Source: Candidatus Kerfeldbacteria bacterium (lineage in GTDB: Bacteria > Patescibacteriota > Patescibacteriia > SBBC01 > CAIJZX01). Taken from it: a stretch of 64,000 nt of DNA. This document shows positions 1 through 9,074 of this stretch, piece after piece. The notes under the pieces were generated by a model. The model worked only from the letters and a program-made list of their open reading frames with translations. It made no database searches and was not told the origin of the DNA. Location of the stretch: NCBI GenBank assembly GCA_903825245.1, contig CAIJZX010000014.1, positions 1,655 through 65,654 of the forward strand, written 5' to 3'. Position 1 is the first letter of the stretch. Each line of letters opens with the position of its first letter. A program made the translations under genes and the position numbers.

Positions 1-1799
1 CCTGCTCCCGGGCCAATGTCGATGAGATAATCAGCGGCCAGCATCGTGTATTCATCGTGTTCTACAACAATCACAGTATTCCCTAAATCGCGTAAGCGAA
101 TGAGTGTTTCGATCAGCTTATCGTTATCGCGTTGGTGGAGACCGATCGACGGTTCATCCAGAATGTAGACCACACCGACCAGTGACGAACCGATTTGCGT
201 CGCCAGGCGAATACGTTGCGCTTCACCCCCAGCCAAGGTCGAAGCAGCGCGATCAAGTGTCAGATAATCAAGTCCGACATCGCTCAAGAAGGTTAATCGA
301 GCGCGAATTTCTTTCAAAATTTGCTTGGCAATCGTCATGTCGCGCGTGGCTAACTGCTTGATACCGGCGATTTTTTTCTCCCCGGCTAAGGCATCAAAAT
401 ATTCACGCGATTGGGCGATGTTCATCGCCGAAACAACGGCAATACTTTTATCGCCAACGGTTACCGCCAACACTTCCGGACGCAAACGCTTTCCCAAACA
501 TATCGGACAAGCAAAGACACGCATGTAACGCTCAATCTCTGCGCGCATGTATTCCGAATCGGTTTCTTTATAGCGCCGCATCAAGTTCGGAATAACGCCT
601 TCGAATGTGGTCATGTATTGCTTAACCTTGCCTTCGCCGCCGGTATTGTTCACGTCGTACGTTTCATCGCCGGTACCGAAGAGAACAAGATTGAGATGTT
701 TTTCCGACATTTTTTCCACCGGTATGCGCGTGGAAAATCCATGCTCGCGGGCAACCGCTTCCAACACCCGGAAATACCACGTTTGATTAGCGCTGGTACG
801 CGACCACGGTCGGATTGCGCCCTCCGCCAAACTGAGGCGTTTATTTGGAATGACGAGATTTTGATCAATCTCCAGTTTTGTCCCGAGACCAGTACAGTCC
901 GGACAAGCACCGTGCGGATTATTGAAGGAAAAGCTCCGCGGTTCAATCGGCGGCATATTTATATTGTCGTAGGGACAGGAAAAATGTTCCGAGAAGAGCA
1001 TGTCCTCGTTCGTATCCTGGCGATTGATGATTACTAAACCGTTGCCTAAGTCGAGCGCGGTTTCAATCGAATCGTAGAGGCGCGTCTTCTTTTCCTTCGT
1101 TTGCTCTTGATCATCAACGCCGATCGTCATTCGATCAACCACAATTTCGACGTTGTGCTTCTTTTGCTTATCGACATTCAAATCTTCTACTTCTTCGAGT
1201 GGTAGAACGTCCTTATCAAATCGCAAACGAACGAAGCCAGCTTTTCGCGCAGAAGCAACTAAGTGTTTGTGCTCGCCACGTTGATCTCGAATGAGCGGCG
1301 CCAAGACCAACACTTTCGTATTTTTCGGCACCGCTAATACTTGGTTCACAATTTGTTCGATCGTTTGCTTCGTCACTGGCCGGCCGCAGATCGGGCAGTG
1401 CGGTATACCGACGCGAGCGTAGAGCAAACGCAGGTAATCATAAATTTCGGTCACCGTTCCGACTGTCGATCGCGGATTATGCGAGGTGGTCTTTTGGTCG
1501 ATGGAAATAGCCGGCGATAAACCGTCGATTTGATCGACGTCCGGTTTATCCATCAACCCCAAGAACTGCCGCGCATATGCCGATAGCGATTCAACGTATC
1601 GTCGTTGCCCTTCAGCGTAGATGGTATCAAAAGCGAGTGACGATTTTCCAGATCCGGATAGACCTGTCATCACCACTAAGGCGTTGCGCGGGATATCGAC
1701 ATCAACGTTTTTTAGGTTGTGCACGCGCGCCCCACGGACGCGAATGAACTCATGCTGTTGAGTTCCGTTTGTTGTCCGCTTTGCTTTTTCCGAGGCCAT
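1..1799 (-). CDS. uvrA: Excinuclease ABC subunit A, N-terminal ~600 aa; the 3' part lies beyond the window start
   Basis: Reverse-strand translation from the ATG at 1797-1799 reads [73 protein letters not shown]..., with the Walker A motif GLSGSGKSS and paired CxxC zinc-finger motifs. It is missing from the ORF track because there is no stop codon inside the window. Confidence 0.9.
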   Translation of the reverse strand, partial: MASEKAKRTTNGTQQHEFIRVRGARVHNLKNVDVDIPRNALVVMTGLSGSGKSSLAFDTIYAEGQRRYVESLSAYARQFLGLMDKPDVDQIDGLSPAISIDQKTTSHNPRSTVGTVTEIYDYLRLLYARVGIPHCPICGRPVTKQTIEQIVNQVLAVPKNTKVLVLAPLIRDQRGEHKHLVASARKAGFVRLRFDKDVLPLEEVEDLNVDKQKKHNVEIVVDRMTIGVDDQEQTKEKKTRLYDSIETALDLGNGLVIINRQDTNEDMLFSEHFSCPYDNINMPPIEPRSFSFNNPHGACPDCTGLGTKLEIDQNLVIPNKRLSLAEGAIRPWSRTSANQTWYFRVLEAVAREHGFSTRIPVEKMSEKHLNLVLFGTGDETYDVNNTGGEGKVKQYMTTFEGVIPNLMRRYKETDSEYMRAEIERYMRVFACPICLGKRLRPEVLAVTVGDKSIAVVSAMNIAQSREYFDALAGEKKIAGIKQLATRDMTIAKQILKEIRARLTFLSDVGLDYLTLDRAASTLAGGEAQRIRLATQIGSSLVGVVYILDEPSIGLHQRDNDKLIETLIRLRDLGNTVIVVEHDEYTMLAADYLIDIGPGA

Positions 1800-1986
1800 A
1801 CTGGTGAAGAAAAAATTGGAAACAAAAGACGCCGCCGAGTATACACCCGATGTCAAGACTGGTCAATGGGTAACCCTCGGCCGACACACGACACACAAAA
1901 TTCGCCAAGAAAACGGCAGATTGTGCTACACTTCACATATGGATCAGCATCGTAGCTATCAGCTCTGGATAAAGGAGCAAGAAACA

Positions 1987-3351
1987 ATGAAAGAGCTCAA
2001 AGCGGCGCGCCCCGAGCTCTTTGAATATGCCGGTGCTTTCACTCATCACGATATTCTCCAATTCATCGGCATTACAAGTATTCCGCCGAATCTGCCCGAC
2101 GGCTACATTCGTTTTCGTCCGGAAGATTTTATCGTTGAAGAAATTGATCCCCAACAGCACGTCCACACGATAGATCTATCGAGTACGACTCCTGTCCAGC
2201 AGGAAGACCAACGCACGCTGTTCTGTGACATGATAAAAATCGGTATTGCCACCCCAGCCGCCTTAGATCGAGTAGCGAATGCGTTTCATCTGGAACCACG
2301 ATTTATTGGTAGTGCTGGGTTAAAAGATGCCGGAGCGATCACCTGCCAACGCATCAGTATCCGCGGTGTCACCATCGAACAGGCGCAAGCAACGGCAATT
2401 GAAAGCATTGTTCTAAAAAATTTCTCCTATGGATCCGGCGCAATCGCTCCCGGCCAACTCGGCGGGAATAGATTTACTCTAACGATCCGAACCGCGTCAC
2501 CCTACAACCAACAACTCCTTGATGAGCAAGTTCGCGAGCTCTCGAAGGGTGTCATGAATTTCTACGGCACCCAACGATTCGGCCATCGTTTTCTCGCCCA
2601 TCATTTCGGTCGCCTACTTTTCCAGGGACATTATGAAACCGTCGTTTCTGATTTTCTCACCTCAACAAACGCTACCGAGCGACGATTTCGATCGGAGATT
2701 CGTGGCCGAGTAAAAGCCTGTTACGGCCAATGGGACGAGGCGGAAAAAATATTCGCCGAATTACCGTATACCTTTCAAAATGAGCTTCGTGCTGTGCGAT
2801 TTCTCAAAGACCATCCGACTGATTGGATCGGGGCAATGATGGCAATTCAAGATCAAACACGAATGTGGATTTATTCATATACGAGTTGGTTAACAAACAT
2901 GTTACTTTCCACATACGCCCTGAAGAAGCAACCGCCGCCAGCGACAATTCCAATTCCTATGAGTCCGGTGGCTACCGATATGGAACCATATCGTCAGTGG
3001 CTTGAACAAGATACTATCCCGAATGATTTTCTCCAGAAACTTCGTCCGTTCGCATTTCTCCGTCCAGGATCGCGCCAACTGCAAAGCGTTATCGTTCCAA
3101 ATTTCCATACGGCCATAGCACACGACCTCGGCGCTTTGTTATCGTTTGATTTACGTCCAGGCGCATATGCCACCACGGTATTAATCAATCTTTTTACGCT
3201 CCACTCAGGACAACCAGCGCCGTCGTGGGTAAAAGATTTACCGATTGACGCACCGAAAATCCTCGGTACTGGGTCGGTCGATGAACTTCGCACGACGTAC
3301 GAAAAGTTTTTTATGAAGAAAACTGTTTCTGAGGTTGAGCTAGAAGCATAA
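1987..3351 (+). CDS. truD: TruD/Pus7-family tRNA pseudouridine synthase (the longest ORF starts at 1804; the ATG at 1987 is preferred)
   Basis: Motifs GLKDAGAITCQ (the TruD catalytic-Asp motif G-x-K-D-x-x-A-x-T) and FYGTQRFG (the NYFGxQRFG signature). The start at 1804 would sit only 5 nt from the divergent uvrA start, whereas the ATG at 1987 is preceded by AAGGAG 9 nt upstream. Confidence 0.6.
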   Translation: MKELKAARPELFEYAGAFTHHDILQFIGITSIPPNLPDGYIRFRPEDFIVEEIDPQQHVHTIDLSSTTPVQQEDQRTLFCDMIKIGIATPAALDRVANAFHLEPRFIGSAGLKDAGAITCQRISIRGVTIEQAQATAIESIVLKNFSYGSGAIAPGQLGGNRFTLTIRTASPYNQQLLDEQVRELSKGVMNFYGTQRFGHRFLAHHFGRLLFQGHYETVVSDFLTSTNATERRFRSEIRGRVKACYGQWDEAEKIFAELPYTFQNELRAVRFLKDHPTDWIGAMMAIQDQTRMWIYSYTSWLTNMLLSTYALKKQPPPATIPIPMSPVATDMEPYRQWLEQDTIPNDFLQKLRPFAFLRPGSRQLQSVIVPNFHTAIAHDLGALLSFDLRPGAYATTVLINLFTLHSGQPAPSWVKDLPIDAPKILGTGSVDELRTTYEKFFMKKTVSEVELEA

Positions 3352-3408
3352 ATGAAAAAGAGCCAGGTGCTTGCGCAGAGCTGGCTCTCGGAAAAGGACG
3401 AACTGCTA

Positions 3409-3975
3409 CTAGGCGTTGGTCGAGACCGGGGTCTCGACGAACTCCATCTCCAGGGTCTCGGTGCCGTCGGGCACGAGCTTCATCCGGCCCGACAGGTTGA
3501 CCGTGACGTTCGGCACGTCTTCGGGACGACGGGTGCGCATGTTCTGCCACACGGTCACGCCACCGAAGCAGGCGTTGAAGAACTCGCGACCGAGCATGAT
3601 CGACTCGTCGGTCAGGAGCGGACGACGTTCGCCGCCCTTGACCATGATCATCTCGGTGACCATGCGCTGCTGCCCCGGCTTGCCGGGCTTGGCTTCGGAC
3701 CGCTTGTGGACCGCGACGATGACCCAGCCCTGCTGTTCGAGCTTCTCGACGAAGCCGACGAGCGACAGGCGCTCGTCCTCGACGACGGGCTTGCCCGTGT
3801 CCAGAACGCCGTAGCGGATGTCGCCGACCTTGACGCCGACGATCTCCGCCTGCTTGGCAATCTCCATCGGCGACGGCATCGAACGCGGGTCGAACTCGTG
3901 CAGACCTTCGGGGTTGTAACCGTATGCCTTGAGACGCATGACCTGCACGGCATCGAAAATCTTGACCGGGTTCAT
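3409..3975 (-). CDS. Hypothetical 188-aa protein in a GC-rich islet (~62 % GC against ~48-50 % in the flanks)
   Basis: A clean ORF whose ATG (3973-3975) is preceded by a perfect AAGGAGG 5 nt upstream, which is atypical for this genome. The overlapping + ORF 3352..4062 is a low-complexity antisense artefact. No family could be recognised. Confidence 0.6.
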   Translation of the reverse strand: MNPVKIFDAVQVMRLKAYGYNPEGLHEFDPRSMPSPMEIAKQAEIVGVKVGDIRYGVLDTGKPVVEDERLSLVGFVEKLEQQGWVIVAVHKRSEAKPGKPGQQRMVTEMIMVKGGERRPLLTDESIMLGREFFNACFGGVTVWQNMRTRRPEDVPNVTVNLSGRMKLVPDGTETLEMEFVETPVSTNA

Positions 3976-4147
3976 CGAAGCCTCCTTCGTAGAGGTGTGC
4001 TACGTGGCACCGACAATCAACTGTCGGCGTTGCTGCGGGAAAAAACCCTAGAAATGTTTTGATGAGCTACCAATTGCTCGACCGAGCAGAATATCACGGC
4101 CATGCCAAAAAGTCAAGACCCATGGCAGAGCATTCCGCTAATCTTAG

Positions 4148-4251
4148 CCCCGTTAGAGGTATTTTGATGTTGTTTTTCATCAATTTCCTGCTTTTTTCAT
4201 ACAAAATATTACTTTCGTCTTGCATCATAATTCTCGTCACCTCTAACGGGG
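4148..4251. repeat. 13-bp inverted repeat (CCCCGTTAGAGGT / ACCTCTAACGGGG) flanking a 78-bp AT-rich spacer that contains the nested hairpin TTGATG...CATCAA
   Basis: Read directly from the sequence at 4148-4160 and 4239-4251. It lies in the 325-bp divergent intergenic region between the islet gene and uvrC. Confidence 0.5.
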
Positions 4252-4299
4252 TTAGCCATCAAATTTTCGTAACCCCAGACATGTTATACTCTACAAATC

Positions 4300-6111
4300 A
4301 TGGCCGATAATCTCAAAATTGCGTTTAGCCTACCGAAAAAACCCGGCGTCTATCTCTACCACAACGACGAGGACGTTGTGATCTATGTCGGCAAAGCGAT
4401 CAACCTCCGATCGCGGGTTTCGTCATACTTCCGAAAATCGGCCAACCTCCCGCTGGCGAAGCAACTGATGGTCGAACAAATCACCCGCATCGAACACATT
4501 ATTGTTCGTTCGGAAACTGAGGCGCTCCTTCTCGAATCGACGTTAATAAAAAAATATCGTCCGAAATATAATGTTCTGCTCAAGGACGATAAGTTTTTTC
4601 AATACATCAAGATTCACCTCAAGGATCGTTTTCCACAAGTCGAAACCGTGCGCAAAGTCACGATCGACGGTAGTCGCTATTTCGGTCCGTATACCTCCGG
4701 ACTTGCCGTTCGACAAACGATGCGCTTACTGAAACGTTTGTTCCCCTATAAAAGTTGTAATAATGACATAAGCGTTCCCTGTTTTGATTACCAGCTCGGT
4801 CGCTGTCTCGGCCATGACGTTGATCCCAGCAACGAACAGCGGTACCGCGAGGTGATAAAAAAACTCATTACCTTTCTCGAGGGCAACACCGGCACCGTGC
4901 TGACGGAATTGAAAAAAGATATGAAGGTTGCGGCGGCGCGACGTGATTTTGAGAGCGCGGCGCTGTATCGCGATCGCCTCCACGCCTTGCGACACATTAT
5001 CGAACAGCAGACGGTGATCACGCCGCGCCGCGATTCGTTTGATGTTCTCGCCCTCGCCAGGCGCGACGACCTTGCGGCAGTGAATTTATTTCAGGTACGC
5101 CAAGGCAAACTCGTGCAACGCGACCAGTTTATGCTCCAGCACGTCCGCGAACAAAGTGACAGCGATGTTCTGGTGGCGTTCATCGAACAGTACTACAGTC
5201 AATCGACGGTTCATCCGCGGCTCATTATTACACCAGTAACGTTGCCAACCGACAGCGGCAACGGCTTGCAACTCAACATCGTTCGCGCTCAGCGCGGATT
5301 AAAGAAAAAATTAGTCAGCATGGGTACGGAAAACGCCGAAGATTATTTGCGGCGCGAACAGGAACGGTGGATGACGGAAGAATCGAAAGCAAAACTCGGA
5401 CTTGAGGAATTAGCGCGCGCGTTGCGATTAGATGAACCGCCGAAAAGGATTGAAATGTACGATATTTCGCATTTCCAGAGTACCAACGTCGTCGGTTCGA
5501 TGGTGGTGTTCGAAAACGGCCTACCAAAAAAATCTGATTACCGAAAATTCACTATTCGCGACACCACGATTCCTGACGATCAACACCGATTAGCCGAGGT
5601 GGTACGACGAAGATTTAGCCACCACACTCATAATGAAGATGAATCGGCCCCCTCCTCAGCGAGGAGGGGTGTAGGGGTGGTCAACGACGCATGGCCCACG
5701 CCCGACCTTCTCCTCCTCGACGGCGGCAAAGGCCAACTCTCTGTCGTCACGAAGAATGTGCCGGGATTACTGCAACATATTCGCGTCGCCGCATTAGCTA
5801 AGGAAAATGAAGAGCTCTTTGTGCCCGGAAAATCATCGCCGATTCGCCTACCGGAAGGATCACAGGAGCTTTTTCTCATCCAACGGATTCGCGATGAAGC
5901 CCATCGATTTGCTATCGGCTTCTATCGGAAAAAACATCGTCGCGAAACAACGAAATCAATTCTCGATGAAATCCCCGGCCTCGGTGCGAAGCAACGACAG
6001 GCTCTCCTCAAAACATTCGGTACGCTCGATGGTATTCGCACGGCTGATGAAGAGCAGATTGCAGAAATTGTCGGAGGTCGATTGGCCAAAACGATTCTAG
6101 CGAGAATATAA
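4300..6111 (+). CDS. uvrC: Excinuclease ABC subunit C
   Basis: N-terminal GIY-YIG motifs (VYLYHNDEDVVIYVGKAINLRSRV), the conserved WPTPDLLLLDGGKGQL motif and a C-terminal HhH region. An extended -10 (TGtTATACT, 4282-4290) ends 9 nt before the ATG, which suggests a leaderless mRNA. Confidence 0.92.
   Translation: MADNLKIAFSLPKKPGVYLYHNDEDVVIYVGKAINLRSRVSSYFRKSANLPLAKQLMVEQITRIEHIIVRSETEALLLESTLIKKYRPKYNVLLKDDKFFQYIKIHLKDRFPQVETVRKVTIDGSRYFGPYTSGLAVRQTMRLLKRLFPYKSCNNDISVPCFDYQLGRCLGHDVDPSNEQRYREVIKKLITFLEGNTGTVLTELKKDMKVAAARRDFESAALYRDRLHALRHIIEQQTVITPRRDSFDVLALARRDDLAAVNLFQVRQGKLVQRDQFMLQHVREQSDSDVLVAFIEQYYSQSTVHPRLIITPVTLPTDSGNGLQLNIVRAQRGLKKKLVSMGTENAEDYLRREQERWMTEESKAKLGLEELARALRLDEPPKRIEMYDISHFQSTNVVGSMVVFENGLPKKSDYRKFTIRDTTIPDDQHRLAEVVRRRFSHHTHNEDESAPSSARRGVGVVNDAWPTPDLLLLDGGKGQLSVVTKNVPGLLQHIRVAALAKENEELFVPGKSSPIRLPEGSQELFLIQRIRDEAHRFAIGFYRKKHRRETTKSILDEIPGLGAKQRQALLKTFGTLDGIRTADEEQIAEIVGGRLAKTILARI
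5646..5680. repeat. GA-rich palindromic element (GGCCCCCTCCTC-AGC-GAGGAGGGGT-GTAGGGG) inserted in-frame inside uvrC
   Basis: Perfect 9-bp stem CCCCTCCTC/GAGGAGGGG at 5649-5669. The same ~38-nt element recurs in intergenic DNA at 27294-27335 and, in extended form, at 32708-32803. Within uvrC it encodes ...ESAPSSARRGVGVV... just before the conserved WPTPDLLLLDGG motif. Confidence 0.7.
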
Positions 6112-6451
6112 AAAACTGCCCTATGTCATCTGGTACGGTGGGGCATCAGAAGAATATGACGGTGGGATCTGGTAGTCCGGATCAAGCGGTGGATACGGAG
6201 TCGCATCGACGGTGTGATGAACATGGAGGTGCACACCCAGCCAAAGAACAATGTAGAATAGCCAGAACACGCACCAGATATCGAGACGATCGCCATGGGT
6301 GCCACGCATGTGATGTCTCCTGTTGAAGGTACTGTCGTGGTGCATAGCGTCCCACAAGTAAAAACTTTCCACATCGTTACAGGGCTTAAGTAACTCGGGT
6401 TGACGGATAGTGATCGACATGGTACAGTAGCACAGCAATAATTTTTTCCAT

Positions 6452-6679
6452 ATGCCCACTTGGTTGAAACACATCCTGCCTGCCGTTCAAATCGGCTTGT
6501 CTGTCGTCGTCATTATTCTCATTCTCGTCCAAAGTAAAGGTTCTGGACTTTCCGGTGTTTTCGGCGGTGAGGGAAATGTCTACCAAACAAAGCGCGGCGC
6601 AGAAAAAGTTATCTTCATCGCCACCATTGTTTTCCTCATTCTCTTCTTCGGAGTGGCCTTTTTGAATGCCTACCGATAA
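6452..6679 (+). CDS. secG: Preprotein translocase subunit SecG
   Basis: The 75-aa product MPTWLKHILPAVQIGLSVVVIILILVQSKGSGLSGVFGGEGNVYQTKRGAEKVIFIATIVFLILFFGVAFL matches the SecG pattern of a TM helix, Q-x-GKG-x-GLS-x-FGG, a (T/S)xRG(A/S)E segment and a second TM helix. Confidence 0.75.
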   Translation: MPTWLKHILPAVQIGLSVVVIILILVQSKGSGLSGVFGGEGNVYQTKRGAEKVIFIATIVFLILFFGVAFLNAYR

Positions 6680-8480
6680 TCTACAACCCCCGCAGCAGCG
6701 GTGGTTCACGCGTCTCCTCAAACGACGGCAACCGAAGACCGCTTCGGCTACATTAGCGCACAATGATGACCGCGCCTTGGTATTAAGTTTGTCGCCAAAA
6801 CGTATTCCGTCACGAAAGCAGCTTCAGTATTTACCGCGGGTATTAACCACACGAGACCGTAACTGGATTCGTTCCTGCGTCATACTGATTATTGCTAGTA
6901 TCCTGACGCTAATCGGTCACACAATATACAAACACGTGGTTATTATTCCTGCCGATGGCGGAACGCTGAATGAAGGCATCGTCGGTACACCACAGTATAT
7001 CAATCCGGTTCTCGCCCGCCCATATACAGCTGATGCGGAATTAACACATCTCGTGTTTCGTGGATTGATGAAAGTGAATGACCAGCTAGCCGTCGTGCCA
7101 GACTTGGTTTCATCCTTAACGGTCAGCGCTGACGGCAAAGTTTACACCGCCATCCTCCGTTCAAATATGCAATGGTCAGACGGAACAGCGCTTACCGCTG
7201 ACGATGTGCAATATACCTACGAGACCATTGCCGATGCTTCCTACCAAAGTCCATTACTGAGTGTCTTTAAAAATGTAAAAGTCACCACGACCGACAAACA
7301 CACGGTCGTCTTCACGTTACCGGCTCCATTATCATCATTTCCGGCATCATTAACACTTGGCATTTTGCCGAAACAAGATTGGCAGGATCAAAGTGCCCAA
7401 GCCTTTCCCCTCGCCGAACTGAACGTTAAGCCGATTGGTAACGGCCCGTACAAATTCCAAAGCGTCACTAAGGACCGCAATGGCAATATTAAGGCCTATA
7501 CCTTCACACGTAACAAATATTACAACGGTGCAAAACCGCACATTGCCAAAATTACTGTTAAGGTTTATTCCGATGAAGCAAGCGCGGTCGATGCCTTAAA
7601 ATCAGATGCCGTTGATTCACTCGGTGGAATTGATTCAACATCGATAGCGGCAGTAAAAAAGTATCGCCAAATTTCCACCTTCGACCTCTCACAATTAACC
7701 GGCGTCTTCTTTAACCAAAAAACCAGCATCATCCTCAAAGCCGCAGAGGTGCGGCAAGCGTTAGCCATGACCGTCGACCGCGCGGCGCTCATCAAAACCT
7801 CCGACAACAATGTTGGCGCGCCGGCGAACGGGCCGCTTCTCTCGGGTCAACCTGGATTCAGTACGCTGGCGCGACATATCGACCTCAATGTGGCACAAGC
7901 CACAGCGCTTCTCGATCAAAATGGTTGGAAGGTCGGCACCACCGGCATTCGCCAAAAAGGCGGCCGTGATCTCGCGTTTACCTTAACCACCGTCAACGAC
8001 CCAAGTTACGTCGCCATGGCACAGGCGTTGGCCAAGTCGTGGCTCGCTATCGGTGCGAAAGTCGATGTTAAAACGGTCGATGTCGATCGCATCATGAAAG
8101 ACGCAATCCAACCCCGCCAATACGACGCCTTGCTGTACGGCGAACTAACCGACGCCGCGGCCGACATGTATCCGCTGTGGGATTCATCGCAGCAGCAAGA
8201 TCCAGGATTTGCTTTAGCGATCGCGACGCTGAAAAATGCTGATACCGATCTCGAAAAAGCCCGCGCCACCACCGACCCGAATGCCTATGCGGCCGACCTC
8301 CTCGATTTCCAAAATATTTTCGCCGACAGCGTCCCCGCTATTATCATCAGCCAAACGCAATACGTCTACGCCCACGAAAAAAATCTCCGCGGGTTCACCA
8401 CCGATCGGTTGGTAGCGCCGATGAACCGCTTTGACGATATTTCGAGTTGGTACACGAACACCACCTGGAGCTGGAAATAG
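6666..8480 (+). CDS. Extracellular solute-binding protein, family 5 (OppA/DppA-like), membrane-anchored
   Basis: An N-terminal TM anchor (WIRSCVILIIASILTLIG) followed by a ~520-aa domain with the characteristic SBP_bac_5 order (QYINPVLARPYTADAELTHLVFRGLMK...NGPYKFQS...). It overlaps the secG stop by 14 nt. Confidence 0.75.
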   Translation: MPTDNLQPPQQRWFTRLLKRRQPKTASATLAHNDDRALVLSLSPKRIPSRKQLQYLPRVLTTRDRNWIRSCVILIIASILTLIGHTIYKHVVIIPADGGTLNEGIVGTPQYINPVLARPYTADAELTHLVFRGLMKVNDQLAVVPDLVSSLTVSADGKVYTAILRSNMQWSDGTALTADDVQYTYETIADASYQSPLLSVFKNVKVTTTDKHTVVFTLPAPLSSFPASLTLGILPKQDWQDQSAQAFPLAELNVKPIGNGPYKFQSVTKDRNGNIKAYTFTRNKYYNGAKPHIAKITVKVYSDEASAVDALKSDAVDSLGGIDSTSIAAVKKYRQISTFDLSQLTGVFFNQKTSIILKAAEVRQALAMTVDRAALIKTSDNNVGAPANGPLLSGQPGFSTLARHIDLNVAQATALLDQNGWKVGTTGIRQKGGRDLAFTLTTVNDPSYVAMAQALAKSWLAIGAKVDVKTVDVDRIMKDAIQPRQYDALLYGELTDAAADMYPLWDSSQQQDPGFALAIATLKNADTDLEKARATTDPNAYAADLLDFQNIFADSVPAIIISQTQYVYAHEKNLRGFTTDRLVAPMNRFDDISSWYTNTTWSWK

Positions 8481-8530
8481 TTCCATCTTTGTAGTAAGAT
8501 ACGTTTCTCAAATAAATGTGACGAACTGAA

Positions 8531-8573
8531 GGACACGTGGCGCCTGCCTGCCGGCAGGGAATTGGCATACGCA
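8531..8573 (+). repeat. Partial duplicate of the tRNA-Leu 5' end (nt 1-12 and 13-25), split by a 17-nt palindromic insert CCTGCCTGCCGGCAGGG
   Basis: GGACACGTGGCG at 8531-8542 matches tRNA positions 1-12 (8906-8917) with one mismatch. After the insert, AATTGGCATACGC at 8560-8572 is identical to tRNA positions 14-26. The fragment ends 11 nt before the GIY-YIG ATG. Confidence 0.7.
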
Positions 8574-8583
8574 CACAACATCA

Positions 8584-8835
8584 ATGTTCTACGTATACGC
8601 AATAAGTAGCCAGAAAAGAAAATATATCTACGTCGGACTGACCATCGACCTGGTTCGTCGTCTCCACGAGCACAACCATGGTTTTGTACATACAACAAGA
8701 TCGTATGCACCCTTTGACATGCTACTTATTGAAACGCTTCCTAACAGAATTCTTGCCCGACAACGAGAAAAGTTTTGGAAAACTGGGCGTGGGAAGGAAA
8801 TCCTTCGAACCCGAAAAATTCTTAACATCAAATAA
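8584..8835 (+). CDS. Small GIY-YIG nuclease-domain protein (UPF0213/YhbQ-like), 83 aa
   Basis: The N-terminus MFYVYAISSQKRKYIYVGLTIDLVRRLHEHN has the canonical GIY..YIG spacing and the R...E..N motif. The gene lies between the partial tRNA-Leu duplicate and the intact tRNA-Leu. Confidence 0.7.
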   Translation: MFYVYAISSQKRKYIYVGLTIDLVRRLHEHNHGFVHTTRSYAPFDMLLIETLPNRILARQREKFWKTGRGKEILRTRKILNIK

Positions 8836-8905
8836 GGGTCAACTTCATCGCGGCTTGCATATTTAGTCGAAAAAACGTAGTATCTCGTAGTTGGTAAATC
8901 AATTT

Positions 8906-8992
8906 GGGCACGTGGCGGAATTGGCATACGCGCTAGCTTCAGGAGCTAGTGGTCGCAAGACCATGAGGGTTCAACTCCCTCCGTGCCCACCA
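8906..8992 (+). tRNA. tRNA-Leu (anticodon CAG), 87 nt including the encoded CCA
   Basis: Manual fold: acceptor GGGCACG/CGTGCCC, anticodon stem CTAGC/GCTAG with loop TTCAGGA (anticodon CAG), a long variable arm GGTCGCAAGACC, T arm GAGGG-TTCAACT-CCCTC, discriminator A and CCA. It is followed by the hairpin CCTGCCT-ACCAGC-AGGCAGG at 9010-9029. Confidence 0.85.
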
Positions 8993-9074
8993 AAAATAAG
9001 TGACTCCTCCCTGCCTACCAGCAGGCAGGTCTCGCCCACCATCTGTTCAGATTTTTCTTTCTACTGTGGTCGAC

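Noticed and set aside
3352-4062. 236-aa + strand ORF, together with 132-aa and 101-aa ORFs in other frames over the same region
   Set aside because: The products are low-complexity (rich in L, R, D, G and V), as expected from the antisense strand of a GC-rich gene. There is no RBS. The opposite-strand ORF 3409..3975 has a perfect AAGGAGG and a protein-like composition.
4059-4310. 83-aa + ORF in the AT-rich region upstream of uvrC
   Set aside because: It lies entirely in AT-rich intergenic DNA containing inverted repeats and the uvrC promoter. The product is low-complexity and hydrophobic with no RBS, and it would overlap the leaderless uvrC start.
6121-6474. 117-aa - strand ORF (TM segment plus a proline-rich tail) between uvrC and secG
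   Set aside because: Its 5' end would overlap the divergent secG start, and there is no convincing RBS. An internal start at 6420 would leave a ~100-aa protein that cannot be excluded, but there is no supporting signal, so it is kept only as a possibility.
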